From Octopus vulgaris (Eukaryota), in the NCBI GenBank assembly GCA_951406725.2, contig OX597825.1, positions 78,740,001 through 78,804,000 of the forward strand: a stretch of DNA of 64,000 nucleotides. Reading direction: 5' to 3'. Shown here piece by piece: positions 12,923 to 26,486 of the stretch. Made by a program: the position numbers and the translations under genes. Position 1 is the stretch's first letter. Every line of letters begins with the position of its first letter. The notes under the pieces are model-generated. The model did no database searches and had not been told where the DNA came from. It saw only the letters and a list, made by a program, of their open reading frames with translations.

Positions 12923-13089
12923 CTACGAAAGCAGAAAGAAAGAAAGAAAGAAAGAAAGAAACAGTTAACAAAACTGACATAAATATATCACAGCTAACAA
13001 CAGAGGATGGCATCTGTAATAACACATCATAGCTGACAAATGTAATAAAAGATGAGAACTAATTACTATGGTGACCTGTTGGGGCAAGT

Positions 13090-13655
13090 GAAATCAAAAT
13101 CACATTTGATGACTGGCATCCGTAGTAGCGGGGTGCAAAGAGCACCATACGAGCGTGATCGTTGACAGAGCGGCTAACCGGCTTCCATGCCAGTGGCACA
13201 TAAAAGGCACCGTTCGAGTGTGATCGTTACCAGTGTTGCCTTTACTGGCACTTGTGCCCGTGCTAGTTGGGTGCCAAGACCACCATCCAAGCGTGATCGT
13301 TGCAAGAGCAGCCAACTGGCTTCCGTGCCAGTGGCACGTAAAAGGGCACCATTCGAGCATGATCGTTACCAACGTCACCTTACTGACACCTGTGCTGGTG
13401 GCATGTGTAAACAGATTTGAGTGAGGTTGTTGCCAGTACCACCTGACTGGCCCCCGTGCCGGAGGCACGTAAAAAGCACCCACTACACTCTCAGAGTGGT
13501 TGGCATTAGGAAGGGCATCCAGCTGTAGAAACTCTGCCAGATCAAAATTGGAACCTGGTGCAGCCATCTGGCTTGCCAGTCCTCAGTCAAATCTTCCAAC
13601 CCATGCTAGCATGGAAAGCGAACATTAAACGATGATGATGATGAATGATGATGAA
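13090..13655 (+). mobile_element. Family C short retroelement ending in (GAT)n, with internal tandem units. Other copies near 34815-35210, 37350-37810, 40880-41210(-), 48395-48615, 61015-61375
   Basis: Shared GGTTGGCATTAGGAAGGGCATCCAGCTGTAGAAAC ... CCAACCCATGCTAGCATGGAAAGCGG..TTAAACGATGATGATG tail. Confidence 0.75.
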
Positions 13656-14562
13656 GATGTCACATGTCACAGTTAAATCTATTATATAAAATCCGTTGTC
13701 TGTCTGTGTGTGTGTCTTCTAGGATCTGGGGCATCCTCCATCCGATTGCGCTCAAATTTGATATATAGATACTGACAGTATCAGGGCGTGTATAAGTCTT
13801 GAAAATAATTACAAAAATCGATTCCAAGTGAGAATGCGATCGATAAAGCCGTGGGAACGTGCATTTGTATGTGCAAGTACATCAGCTGTTGCAATCGATA
13901 CTATGCATACACGAGAAATGCATGTGCAGTTTGCGCAAAAAAAGCTGACTGGCTTGAAATAATGCCACAAAATGCAGTATATTTAAGAGACCAAAAAAGT
14001 AAGATGCAAAAGAGATATTTTCTTCAAACTTGGCATGAAGGAAAGAAAGACTATTTGGTTTCTCAAGAAGTTTTTTTTGCCTTAACTTCGTTTAACAAAA
14101 CCAAAAAATTTATTGAAATAAAGGCATGCTTAATTATTTTTTAATGAAAAGAAAATACCGATTGCTTTTTATTCAGCAGATATGATTCAGCACCGTCCAT
14201 TGGATGGTGGGGGGTGTTTTACTCATACTTCTATGTAAGACATGCCACAGCTAGATACTGTTATATAAGACATCACACATTGTAGCTAACTACTGTTAGA
14301 TATGACATGTCACAGCTGACCACTGCTATATAAGACGTCACAGCTAATTACTGTTATTTGGGATATCACAAATGACTTCTGGAGATCTTAAGAAATTTGG
14401 TGAGTTCAAATCTTGGTACGACTGATTCAACTTTCCAACGAGGAATAAAATGTGATGCAACAATGTTAAAATAACTGAATCCTAATTGGTAATCATCATC
14501 CAGCTGTAATCTATCACAAGTTTATACAAACGACCTAAATAAACAAACCAGAATCCATTTAC

Positions 14563-14709
14563 CTGGAACAAGTTGCTCTTCGGTTAGTACCTGTCTGTTA
14601 AATGGGTCTGTCTGGGAATTTAACAAGTGTCTGAGAATAATTGGTCGATCCATAATGGTTCCACTTGGTAGAAGCACTGGATCGTTCATTAATGTATCCA
14701 TCAATGGAT
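14563..14709 (-). CDS. UBE4B: UBE4B exon, U-box core
   Basis: [49 protein letters not shown]; canonical UFD2 U-box; AG/GT borders. Confidence 0.97.
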
Positions 14710-15101
14710 CTACAAGAGAAGAACACAAGAACGTAAATCAAAAATCCATAAAATATAAAACAATGATTGCCAGTCTTGGAGAGAGAGTAAGGGAGGAGTA
14801 ATAAAAGAGAGAGAGTTGTAAACAGTGTGGGGGAGACAGACAGAGAGAGATAGACTGGCAGACACAGAGAGACACAGAGAAAGAGAGACACAGAGAAAGA
14901 GAGAGACACACAGAGACAGACAGACAGAGAGAGAGAGAAAACAGAGAGAGAGATACACAGAGAGAGACAGAGAGAGAGAGAGACACTGAGAGAGAGAGAG
15001 AGACAGAGTCAGAGAGACAGAGTCAGAGAGACAGAGTCAGAGAGACAGAGTCAGAGAGACAGACAGACAGACAGAGAGAGAGAAGAGCAAGAAAGTGTCA
15101 C

Positions 15102-15279
15102 CTTTAAATTCATCTTCTGGGATTTCTCCAAAATCAATTTCTGCTCGTTGCTTCTGCACAACAATTGCCTCGACTTTTTCTTGTAGTTTGCGAAATTGTT
15201 CAATATCTCGGTCAGTTTTGATACGAGCTCTCTGTATTCTGGATATGGCGTCATCGAACAATATTTTACGATAGGAACG
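15102..15279 (-). CDS. UBE4B: UBE4B exon
   Basis: RSYRKILFDDAISRIQRARIK...EIDFGEIPEDEFK; AG/GT borders, phases fit. Confidence 0.95.
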
Positions 15280-16379
15280 CTGGAAGAGAAACACTTTCGA
15301 TTAAAGATAAACACCACACATATACACACACACACAGAACATAGCACATAAATCTCCCTCAAATTACACCCTGTTGTCTTGAAGCAAAAAGTACACCCTC
15401 GAATGTGGGTACGAGATATACTGGACAATGCTGTCTTGAGTCCTTAGACTCACAAGACAGGTTATCTGGTCTCCACAGCATATAAGAGACCAAGATCACA
15501 ACATTCTTCTTGAAGAGGCTGCCAGTCCATTGTAGGGTTCTTCATTTATAATAGAATGGACTAAAGCAATTGGAATGAAGTGTTTTGCACAAAAAAAATA
15601 CAAAAAAAAAATACACTGCCCAGGCAGGAACAGAAACCATGATCTTGTGATCACAAGTGCAACACCCTATCCAGTAGGCCACATGCCTTCACACTAGATA
15701 TACTGTGTCTGAATAAAAGCACACAGGATGGTCATGTCCAGGATGTCTTAATCATAAGCCAACTAGATCAAACCCGAGCTCAAAAGAACAACACATTCTC
15801 CCATGATGCAATAGTGACATTTTCTTAAGAAATTAACTAAAATCAGAAAAATTTCCAAACTTTTTCTCAGGATTAAAATCCTGACCACATGCTCCCTAGT
15901 TTGAACTTTCACATCCTTTTTCATGAAGGTTACATAACTCTGCTAGCTCTAGTTTGCATGGTATTGAGTATCTTGGTGGTATGAGTAGGGAACACTAAGC
16001 CATAGATACAATTACTTCAAGTACTCCAACCATACCATGCAAGCTACCAGTAAGGGGAGATAATTACAATGGAATCATTTGTACAATGTAAAGAGACACA
16101 ATGTAATCTGATATATACCAATCAAAAAATTTAGAGAGAGAGAGAAAGAGAGAATATCACACTATGAGCCATCTGGGAAGCAACTTTGTAATAGTGTAAC
16201 TTGCAAGAAGTAGCAGCTAAATTTACCTCAAAGAATGCACTACATTCATTTTAGAAAAAAAAAGATATTGGATAATGTAGACATAGACATATTAAGATGG
16301 AATGGTCATAGGTCAAGTGAACAGAGACAAAAAAAGGTGATAAAGAACAACAACAATTGAAAAATAAATACCCTCTTCC

Positions 16380-17815
16380 AGACAGACAAGCAGAGAGGGA
16401 CAAACAAACGGACAAGCAAAGAGAGACAGACAGACAGACAAGCAGAGAGGGACAGACAGACAGACAAGCAGAGAGGGACAGACAGACAGACAAGCAGAGA
16501 GGGACAGACAGACAGACAAGCAGAGAGGGACAGACAGACAGACAAGCAGAGAGGGACAGACAGACAGACAAGCAGAGAGGGACAGACAGACAAGCAGAGA
16601 GGGACAGACAGACAGACAAGCAGAGAGGGACAGACAGACAGACAAGCAGAGAGGGACAGACAGACAGACAGACAAGCAAAGAGGGACAGACAGACAGACA
16701 AGCAGAGAGGGACATACAGACAGACAAGCAGAGAGGGACAGACAGACAGACAGACAGACAAGCAAAGAGGGACAGACAGACAGACAAGCAAAGAGGGACA
16801 GACAGACAGACAAGCAGAGAGGGACAGACAGACAGACAAGCAGAGAGGGACAGACAGACAGACAAGCAGAGAGGGACAGACAGACAGACAAGCAGAGAGG
16901 GACAGACAGACAGACAAGCAGAGGGACAGACAGACAGACAGACAAGCAGAGAGGGACAGACAGACAGACAAACAGAGAGGGACAGACAGACAAGCAGAGA
17001 GGGACAGACAGACAGACAAGTAGAGAGGGACAAACAGACAGACAAGCAGAGAGGGACAAACAGACAGACAAGTAGAGAGGGACAAACAGACAGACAAGCA
17101 GAGAGGGACAGACAGACAGACAAGCAGAGAGGGACAAACAGACAGACAAGCAGAGAGGGACAGACAGACAGACAAGCAGAGAGGGACAGACAGACAGACA
17201 AGCAGAGAGGGACAGACAGACAGACAAGCAGAGAGGGACAGACAGACAGACAAGCAGAGAGGGACAGACAGACAGACAAGCAGAGAGGGACAGACAGACA
17301 GACAAGCAGAGAGGGACAGACAGACAGACAAGCAGAGAGGGACAGACAGACAGACAGACAAGCAGAGAGGGACAGACAGACAGACAAGCAGAGAGGGACA
17401 GACAGACAGACAAGCAGAGAGGGACAGACAGACAGAGACAAGCAGAGAGGGACAGACAGACAGACAGACAAGCAGAGAGGGACAGACAGACAGACAAGCA
17501 GAGAGGGACAGACAGACAGAGACAAGCAGAGAGGGACAGACAGACAGACAGACAAGCAGAGAGGGACAGACAGACAGACAGACAAGCAGAGAGGGACAGA
17601 CAGACAAGCAGAGAGGGACAGACAGACAGACAAGCAGAGAGGGACAGACAGACAAGCAGAGAGGGACAGACAGACAGACAATCAGAGACAGACAGACAGA
17701 CAAGCAGAGATGGACAGACAAGCAGAGACAGACAGACAGACAAGCAGAGACAGACAGACAGACAAGCAGAGAGAGACAGATGGCCAGACAAACGGACGGA
17801 CAGACAGACAGACAG
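16380..17815. repeat. GACA-based minisatellite, ~26-bp unit AGCAGAGAGGGACAGACAGACAGACA, roughly 50 copies
   Basis: Seen directly; intronic. Confidence 0.95.
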
Positions 17816-17860
17816 ACATACGGACCGAGAGGGCCATAGGGCCAGAGGGAGATTGCTTAC

Positions 17861-18055
17861 CTCATCATTAGCAATAGCTGCTGCAAACTCATCACTTGAA
17901 TCTAAGTGAAGATAGATATCAGTCAGCCGGTCAAGTAACTTTTTCGGTTCCCAGCCATATTTGTCAGGATTTTTCACTTTCAAGTTTTTACATTTGGAGC
18001 CACACAGTTGTTGGAGGTTGAAGTTCAACATAGCAGCAAGTCTGTCTGCTAATTC
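17861..18055 (-). CDS. UBE4B: UBE4B exon
   Basis: [41 protein letters not shown]...AIANDE; conserved Ufd2P core. Confidence 0.97.
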
Positions 18056-18253
18056 CTAGTTTAATATGAAAAAAAAACGAGTTTAGTAATTACTGAAATG
18101 GTTCACAGCATAATTAGTTTGTCTTCAGCTCTTTAAAAACTAACACAAAAAGAAAAAGCTTCCTTGAAAGGGAAAAACTGATGACAATATCTAAGTTTAC
18201 TGGTATTGAGATAGACAAGATCAAAAGAGAGTTTCAAACAACAGATTTTTCTT

Positions 18254-18635
18254 AAAGAAATGAGGAATTATGTACATTATTTACATTCGACGGATATTTG
18301 TCCTCATCTTGTTTGTTGTTAACACAACATTTCGGCTGATATATTCTCCAGCCTCCTTCAGGTGTCTTGGGGAAATTTCGAACCTGGGTTCTCATTCCTA
18401 AGGTATTTTTTTCAATGTTACTATTATTATTATTATTGTTATTGTTGTTGTTATTCTTCAGGTCACTGCTTGGAATCGAACTTGGAATCTTGAGGTTAGT
18501 AGCCTGCGCTCTTAATCACTACGCCATATGCCCACAGGCATATGGTGTAGTGCTACTAAACCCCAAGATTCCGAGTTTCCCCAAGCACGGGCTACTAACC
18601 CCAAGATTCCGAGTTTGATTCCAAGCAGTGACCTG
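18254..18635. mobile_element. Palindromic tRNA/HHR element, second copy
   Basis: Full left arm, truncated right arm; identical 14-bp TSD AACAGATTTTTCTT at 18240-18253 and 18636-18649. Confidence 0.75.
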
Positions 18636-19565
18636 AACAGATTTTTCTTTGTTTTAAACCTTTTACTGCAGAAATGAGATATGGTTGCTCCAGATATCAC
18701 CACCTTTAACAGGGGTAAGCAGTTTTATATACCAACCAGTATATATAAAGCTGTCAGGACACTCAGTGAAATGGTTATCAGGAAGAGTATCTAGCCACAG
18801 AAACCATATCAAAGCACACACTGGAGCTCAGGGGCATGTAGATTCCTGTTAAACAATCTGTATGTATATATAATAATGGGGGGAGGAATTTCACTTGAGT
18901 GTATGCTATATCTGTAGCAGACACTCTCCCCTTTATTATATATATGTACATTTGAGCGTAGCAGATAACAGCTATTCTTTGGCAGCTATCTGGACCCGTT
19001 GTGTCCACTATTCTGAATGGTTGGTATTGGCTACACATCCAACTGATACCAGCATGAAAAACACATTAAATGATGAGGATGTGCGTGTGTTTCTCAAGTG
19101 TTTCTCGAAATGTCACGAGTGACAAGAATTGATGCTGTCACCGTTTTCCCTGTCAACAAATCATTTATTGCTTTCTTATCCTTGACTTATGAGAAATAAG
19201 AGATCCCTCACTTGAGAAACAAGTAAAGATTAGCAAAAGGAAGGACATCCGGCTGTAAAACAACGCTTCAATAATACATTCATCAAACCCATGCTAGCAT
19301 GGAAAAACAGAAGTAAAAACAAAATGTCAGTCACTGGAGCATAAAGGAACTCATATAGAGCAAAGTACTTGATTTTTTACTTTATTCAAAACACTAATAC
19401 TTGTTCCGTGCTGACAGTTTCTGTCTACCAAATTTTACTCTAAGTTTTGGTCAACCCAACATCATAGAAGACAAAAAAATGGCAAAAATAAAAAAAACAT
19501 TCCTGGAATTTTTGAAATCTATGTTTCTTTAACATATAAAGAACTAATGTAAAAGAGTAATTTAC

Positions 19566-19700
19566 AGGCATGAGAAATGGTCCAATGATTTGTTCGGTGA
19601 GATAATGAAACATTTCCACAGTCTCCGTTGCTAAAGTGAGGTAGGACTTGCACTGTCGTTCGTCCATAGAAAGCTGCCTCTGACGAGAATTTTGCTCCTC
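19566..19700 (-). CDS. UBE4B: UBE4B exon
   Basis: [45 protein letters not shown]; AG/GT borders. Confidence 0.95.
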
Positions 19701-20433
19701 CTAAGAAGAAAAAGAAACACAAATATCACTTCAATGAGGTGTTCATAGAAAATGTTTTACAGAGATATTGTTTAAAAATTAATTGTTTAATTATCAGGAA
19801 GAGTGCATAAAAGTGGGTAGTGGTTGGCTGTTCTGGATTGGCAAGAATCCATGCCAAAGCACACAGATTGGAGCTTAGGGCATGTAGGTTCCTGTCAAAC
19901 CATCCAACTGATACCAACATGAAAAACACATTAAATGATCATGGATGTGTATGTTTTCTACATAAGCGTTTCTCAAAATGTCATGGTCGACCGAGATTGA
20001 TAAAAAATACTGGTTTCAAATTCTAGCACAAAGCCAGCAATTTCAGCAGAGAGGGAATGAGTCAATTACATTGAGTCCAGTACTCAAATGGCACCTTATT
20101 CTATCAACCTGGAAAGGATGAAGTCAACCTTGGTGCATTTGAAGCCAAAAGCTAAAGACAGACAAAATGCCACTAAGCATATTGCCTGGTGGGCTAACAA
20201 TTTTGCCAGTCCCTCTTAGATTGACATAAAATATTTTAAAAAATGGTTCAAAACAAAGAACAAGAAATGGGACAACATTATAATATCAAGCCTATTCAGT
20301 GATGAGGATAGGAGTAATGATGATGGTGGTGGTGGTGGTGGTCATGGTGATGATGGGTGGAAATGAGAGTGTTTGTGATGACGGTGATGGTGGTGGTCCT
20401 CATCGTGGCGCCAATGCTAGTGGTGATACGTAC

Positions 20434-20578
20434 CCGTGACAAAGCATCCCATTCCGCTTCGTTATCCTGGAATTCTTGCATCTCGTGGATCCGTTTTAAA
20501 CAGTCCAAACTTTCATCGAGTAGGAATGTTGTATCATTCATCAACATATTGACAAACTTCACAAATTGCTTGCCTTTC
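20434..20578 (-). CDS. UBE4B: UBE4B exon
   Basis: [35 protein letters not shown]...WDALSR. Confidence 0.96.
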
Positions 20579-20786
20579 CTGTTAATAAATCACAAAGACA
20601 ACAAAACAACAATCAAAACAACCGTTCAATTAATTAGCGAGAAACCTATCAAACTACATACGATAAATTGGTAGCCGAGGGGATCAAAGAATTACAGCTC
20701 ACCCAGTTCTTAGATTCATCTCAAGAAGCCTTTCAAGAGCAGATCAATTAAGCGATAGCTGACATTTCAAAATGTCATAAAATTGA

Positions 20787-21015
20787 TTAACCCTTTCGTG
20801 ACTGTATTTATTTTGAGATGCTCTGTGTTTCTGTCAATTAATTTTAAATATAACAAAGAATTTAGTAAAATAACTTAGTTATCATTCAACTAGTGTTAGG
20901 AGCATAAATTGTGACTAAGGTTTGGTGGAGGATTTTAATTCAAAACTTATGAAAACAAGACATTTGTACTCAGAGCCAAAGGTAGTTTCAGTCAGGTTGG
21001 TAACAAAAGGGTTAA
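20787..21015. mobile_element. piggyBac-like MITE. Other copies at 10497-10725, 22419-22647, about 35525-36006 and 42990-43219
   Basis: TTAA-CCCTTTC... ...AAAAGGG-TTAA; similar ~225-bp bodies. Confidence 0.8.
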
Positions 21016-21207
21016 AAATATTTAAATCCATTTTTGTCTTTCAAATGCTTTGATCCCATTGACATTCTCTTTTACTACTGATCAACATTCAAATGTAAAT
21101 TACGGGGCAGCATCTACAACATCTGATAGTCATTGAGTAGCAAAAGCTGATAGTGAGTAGCATCACCTGATTTCTCACCAAGGAGCATAATTCAATATTA
21201 TGTACAA

Positions 21208-21525
21208 TACAGGGTGGAGTGAAAATAAAAAATTGTGGAAACTGAAAGTGCCCTGAAGCCTAAAATCTTGCTGTATATTATAACTAGAAAAATGCTAAAT
21301 TTTTGCTTAGATCAGTCAAGGGCATTTACTGCCTCAAACCACCGCCAAACTCCGCTATTATAAAGAGTTTACAGAAATCCCCCATTTTCGGAGTTTAGGG
21401 GGCTTGAGTGAGTAAATGCCCTTGATTGATCTCAGCGAAAATTTAGCATTTTTCTAGTAATCAAATCTAGCAACATTTTAACCCTCAGTCATTTTCAATT
21501 TCTTTTTTTTTTCACTCCACCCTAA
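21208..21525. mobile_element. Tc1/mariner-like fold-back MITE
   Basis: TACAGGGTGGAGTGAAAA ... TTTTCACTCCACCCT with long internal inverted repeats. Confidence 0.6.
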
Positions 21526-22213
21526 TGCACAATAACCTGATGCTCAATCATCATCATCATCATCATTGTTGTTTTAACATCCATTCTTCCATGCTGGCAT
21601 GGGTCAGATAGAATTTGTTGAGGAAGATTTCCTATTGCTGGATGCACTTTCTGTCCTCACCTGTTTCCAAACAGGGTCATATTTCCCCCATGACCCAGAC
21701 ATGTTTTTATGGAAGATGAGAAATGAAGGACACTAGTGGCATGACAGCAACACTCATTTTACATAATGTCAAAGCAAGGAAACAGTGCACTGCATGCACA
21801 CACACACACTAGGCTTCTTTCAGTTTCTATCTACCAAATCTACACACACACACACTAGGCTTCTTTTAGTTTCCACCTACCAAATCCATACACACACTAG
21901 GCTTCTTTTAGTTTCCGCCTACCAAATCCATACACACACTAGGCTTCTTTCAGTTTCCATCTACCAAATCTATACACACTAGGCTTCGTCCAGTTTCCGT
22001 CCACCAAATCCACTCTAAAGGATTTGGTTGGCTCAGGGCTACAGTAGAAGACACTTGCCCAAGGCACCATGCCAAGGGAGTGAACCTGGGACCATGTGTT
22101 TGGGAAGCAAACTCCTTACCACACAGCCACGCCTGTGCAATGATTTACCCTAATCTGACATTCACCAAGAACCACATTCTAAGAGCTATTGAACAATAAA
22201 ATTAAAAACTCAC

Positions 22214-22340
22214 TGAGCTTCTTCAATTATTTTCTTCTGGTGAGATGGAATCATCCACATGGTTTTGAAAATGATACTAATATGATAACGTATCGTGAAT
22301 TTGTCATAGAATTCACTGCTAGCGCCAGTAGTTTCAATAT
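22214..22340 (-). CDS. UBE4B: UBE4B exon
   Basis: [29 protein letters not shown]...EEAQ; hallmark UFD2 motif. Confidence 0.96.
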
Positions 22341-24580
22341 CTGAAGGAAGGAAGAAAAGAAGGAAATTTAACCATTATGCAAATACACACAAGACATTTG
22401 AAGCAATTAAAAACACATTTAACCCTTTCGTTACTGTATTTATTTTAAGATGCTCTGTGTTTCTTTCAATTACTTTAAATATAACAAAGAATTTAGTAAA
22501 ATAACTTTGTTATCATTCAGCTAGTGTGAGGAACATAAATTGTGACTAAGGTTTGGTGGGAGATTTTAATTAAAAACTTATGAAAACAAGACATTTGTAC
22601 TACAGAGTCAGAGCTGGTTTCAGCTGGGTTGGTAATGAAAGGGTTAAATAATCACCACATGTAAACAGACTAATGACAGCCAATAAGGGAATTTCTAAGG
22701 AGGCTGCTCAACCTGATAGAAATACCAACCAAATTCCTATCACATAACATCCCACCATATATAAGCTTTTAACTGTGAAATTAAATTTCACAGTTATTCC
22801 AGTAATGATGTTAAATATCTGCTAAAAATAAGAATAGAACTGGTGATTTCTCTAAGTCACATTGCCTCATTAAACTTGACATTTCTCAATAAAAAGTCGT
22901 CTCAAGTATGACCACCACCACCACCATCATCATCATCATTATTTAACGTCCGTTTTCTATACTGGCCTAGGTTGGATGGTTAGGCAGGAGCTGACCTGAT
23001 GAAGGGCTGTTCAGGCTCCATACATGTTTTGGCATAGTTTCTACAGCTGGGTGCCCTTCCTAATGCCAACCACTCTGAGTGTGTACTGAATGTTTTTACA
23101 CTGCACAAACATTAGTGCTTCTATGTGGCACTGCTTCTTCAATAAAAAATAGGCTGATACATAAAACTGCTTTGCACAGTTATGGGCAGTGAAATTTTCA
23201 AAGGGATGCATCTGATTTCTGCAGTAAAAGGGTTAAGGAAAAGGAAAGCACACTGGACACTGTAGTTTTAAGACACACTGTCTGAATAAAAGATGGGACT
23301 GTCACATCTGGAACGTCTTTAATCATAGGTTTGCATGACCTGGATCAAGATGAGGCTCAACAACATACACACTATCCTGCCTCCCATAATGTGTCCAACA
23401 GAATTCTACAGGTCTCAACCATTCCAGAGTGGCAGGAATTCTACCTATAAGGGAGCATCTACATAATCACTAATCCTGTTGGAAATAGTGGCCATGTCCC
23501 CCTCATTTCACACTATAGCGTCTTACAAAAAGGAGGGACAAATTGGATAGCACATTCCTAGACATAATGTCTAAATAGAAGTAGGGATGGTCATGGCAGG
23601 AATGCTTTTGATTGTAGGTCTGCTTGAATAAGGATGATCTGTGGCTAAACAACCATTTTTCCATAAGACATTTATGGTTTATAAAAGGACTGGGTTACTA
23701 AGAAGAGCCAAGGGCTCAAAATTTCTTCACTGATACTTGCAGACCAGTGAGAGCAATGCAGTCTGAACATCTGTAGGGATTAAGTGAGCAGGGAGAGAAT
23801 TACTACAAAGAGGGAGAAGGATTAGCTAAAGTGTGTAGTGTGAGATCTGGGAGTAGGAAAGGTAACTCACAGCAGGAGTACCGAGAAAGGGATAAGGTGA
23901 AAGGTCCTGGGTGGAGATGGTATGTTGGTAGCTAATTCAGAAGAGCAGAGACCATTATAGTTAACAGTCATATAAATAGAGAGAAGCTACCGTCTGTCTA
24001 TAAGCCAATGGTTGAAGAGGATGTTGGGAATGAACCATTGATAATTAGTCAAACAAAAGAGGGTCTGCAGTGTGTGTGTGTGTTATGCAGTGTGTTTAGC
24101 AGTATCTACCCAATATAGTTGTGTGTAGCACCAAACAAGGACTGTGAGTCACATTGTTATGTAAGGGACAACAGTGACACACATCCTGATATGTGAGCAA
24201 CATAGCTGGGCATGAACATAACATTGGCGCCTGGCACATAAAAAGCATCATTTAAGCGTGGTCGATATCAGTGCTGCCTGACAGGCATGTAAAAAGCACC
24301 CACTACACTCTCGGAGTGGTTGGCATTAGGAAGGGCATCCAGCTGTACAAACCTTGCCAGATCAGATTGGAACCTGGTGCAGCCTCTTGGCAAGCCAGGC
24401 CTCAGGCCAACCCATGCCAGCATGGAAAACAGATGATGCTGATGATGACAGTCACATATATGTATTGTGGGAGCACCTACCCATGTAAACAGAATAGTTG
24501 TGTAGTAGTACCAGGTGTATGTTGTAGTACAGCCAGCCATGGATGTGTATAATAGCAGGGCCTGTTCTGATAACTGTTAC

Positions 24581-25050
24581 ACTGTGTAAAACGATTTTTG
24601 TGCTTGGGTAGCAACTGTTATTTCCTATTTGCTTACAATTAGAAAGTATGAAAAATGGCTAATATTTCCTTCCAACTTTGCTTTTGTTACATTTATTCAA
24701 ACCCCAAACAATCCCTCTTAACACATGGCTATGATGCTCCCCTATTACTCCTGCTCATGATTAGAGATGCACATATTGTCAGCCACTGAGGGACATGGGT
24801 AAGTGGTTAAGGTCAAGCAACTGACAAGCAAATCTGTGGTATTGAGCAGCGTATATGCTATAATGATATTTCTGCTTCAGCATCTTAGCACTGAATCTGT
24901 CTGAAATGTAATGGGAAATAGGTCAGTTTTGAAAACATTGATGTCCAGGCCACAAAAACATTTCCTCTGATTTCTTGATAGAAGCAAATAGGAAGCAACA
25001 CTTACTGACCAAAGACAAAAAGAAAAATAAATAAATTTTGTTACACAGTG
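24581..25050. mobile_element. About 470-bp non-autonomous DNA element; second copy inverted near 49601-50072
   Basis: ACTGTGTAA..TTACACAGT ends; body matches the reverse complement of 49.6-50.07 kb. Confidence 0.6.
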
Positions 25051-25323
25051 TTATAGTATAGTCAGGTATACGAGTAGTAAGAACGCCTACCCGGGTATAT
25101 ACTTTATCAAATAGCCATGTGTGTGTGTAGTAGTAACACTTACCTAGATATGTAGTGTGGAACTATGTAATTGTGTAGTAGCTGGACCTACCTGGGTGTA
25201 TATATTACAGTATGAGTGTAGCAGTAATAGAACCTACCCAGGTATGTAAACAGTATAGCAATGCATGTGTATAGTAGCAACCTCTACCAGGGTACGTGTT
25301 TGCAGCTATGGGTTTGTACTTAC

Positions 25324-25562
25324 CAGTATAGAACTGCATCAAAGCAGGAACCATATAGTTGAGGGCAAGTGGGTGAGACAATAGCATCTCACTGAGTTTA
25401 GCAGTACGAGGCTGGAAATTAGGGCTGATCACAAAAAGTACTTCAACAAGCTTAGCGACAAGATAAGGGTTGTTGAAGTAACTGGGGCTGCAGACAAACA
25501 CTATCAACATACGTACAAGCTGATTAACACTTGGATCACTGCCTAGAACTTCTGACTTGTAA
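25324..25562 (-). CDS. UBE4B: UBE4B exon
   Basis: YKSEVLGSDP...YFNNPYLVAKLVEVLFVISP...MVPALMQFYT. Confidence 0.96.
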
Positions 25563-25590
25563 CTGGAAAATAAAACAGAATAAAATAAAC

Positions 25591-25635
<45 letters not shown>

Positions 25636-26429
25636 CACATAGACACACACACACACAAGGGGTTGCTGAAAAGTTCCAGGCTTTGGATAAAAGGAAATAC
25701 AGGAGGCTCCATTAATTATGATTTTATTCAACATATTCCCCTTGCAGATTCATACAATTATTGCAATGGTCCTTCAGTTTTTCTAAGTCCTATAAAAGAA
25801 CTCAGAAGGTTGGGCCTCCAGCCAGGCCTTTCGCAATGCTCTTAAAGCCAGGAGGGTTTCAGCAGCCCCCTCATGTGTATGTGTGTGTGTGTGTGAGCAA
25901 ACATAGAAAAATCAATAAAAAATGGTCGAGTGAACTTGCCAAAGGGAGTGGGAAATCCACTGTTTCGGGACAGAGACCTTTATCAAGGAAATGTTGACAA
26001 GAGAGAAATTAGTGAGAAATAAAAAAACAGAGTTTTACATCCTCTAGGTTAGAAAAACTACCTTACTGATTCCCCTGTTCAACTGAAAATCCCTCACTTT
26101 TCAACTTACCTCTTAACTCAATCACAGGCCCATCACAAACATTCAGCCTTCATCATCACCATCATCATTTTAATGCTTACTTTTCCATGCTCGCATGGGC
26201 CAGGTGAAATTTATTGAGGCAGATTTCATAAGGCCAGATACCCTTCCTGTCACCAATCTTCCGCCATTTCCAAGCAAGGTAATATTTCACCAAAATCAAA
26301 TGTTTTCACAGAATATTGAGGATACCGCTTGCATTACAGTGACATTTGTTTACCACTATCACATGGTGTCAAGGCAAGGAGACACACACGCACATACAAT
26401 ATATACAGGTGTGTATATATATATATACA

Positions 26430-26486
<57 letters not shown>

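Noticed and set aside
16251-17871. 470-570 aa ORFs
   Set aside because: Stop-free GACA minisatellite; only 17861-18055 is a real exon.
20296-20433. Poly-His tail in frame after a UBE4B exon
   Set aside because: Intronic CAT/CAC triplet repeat past a clear donor; the gene continues in phase at 19700.
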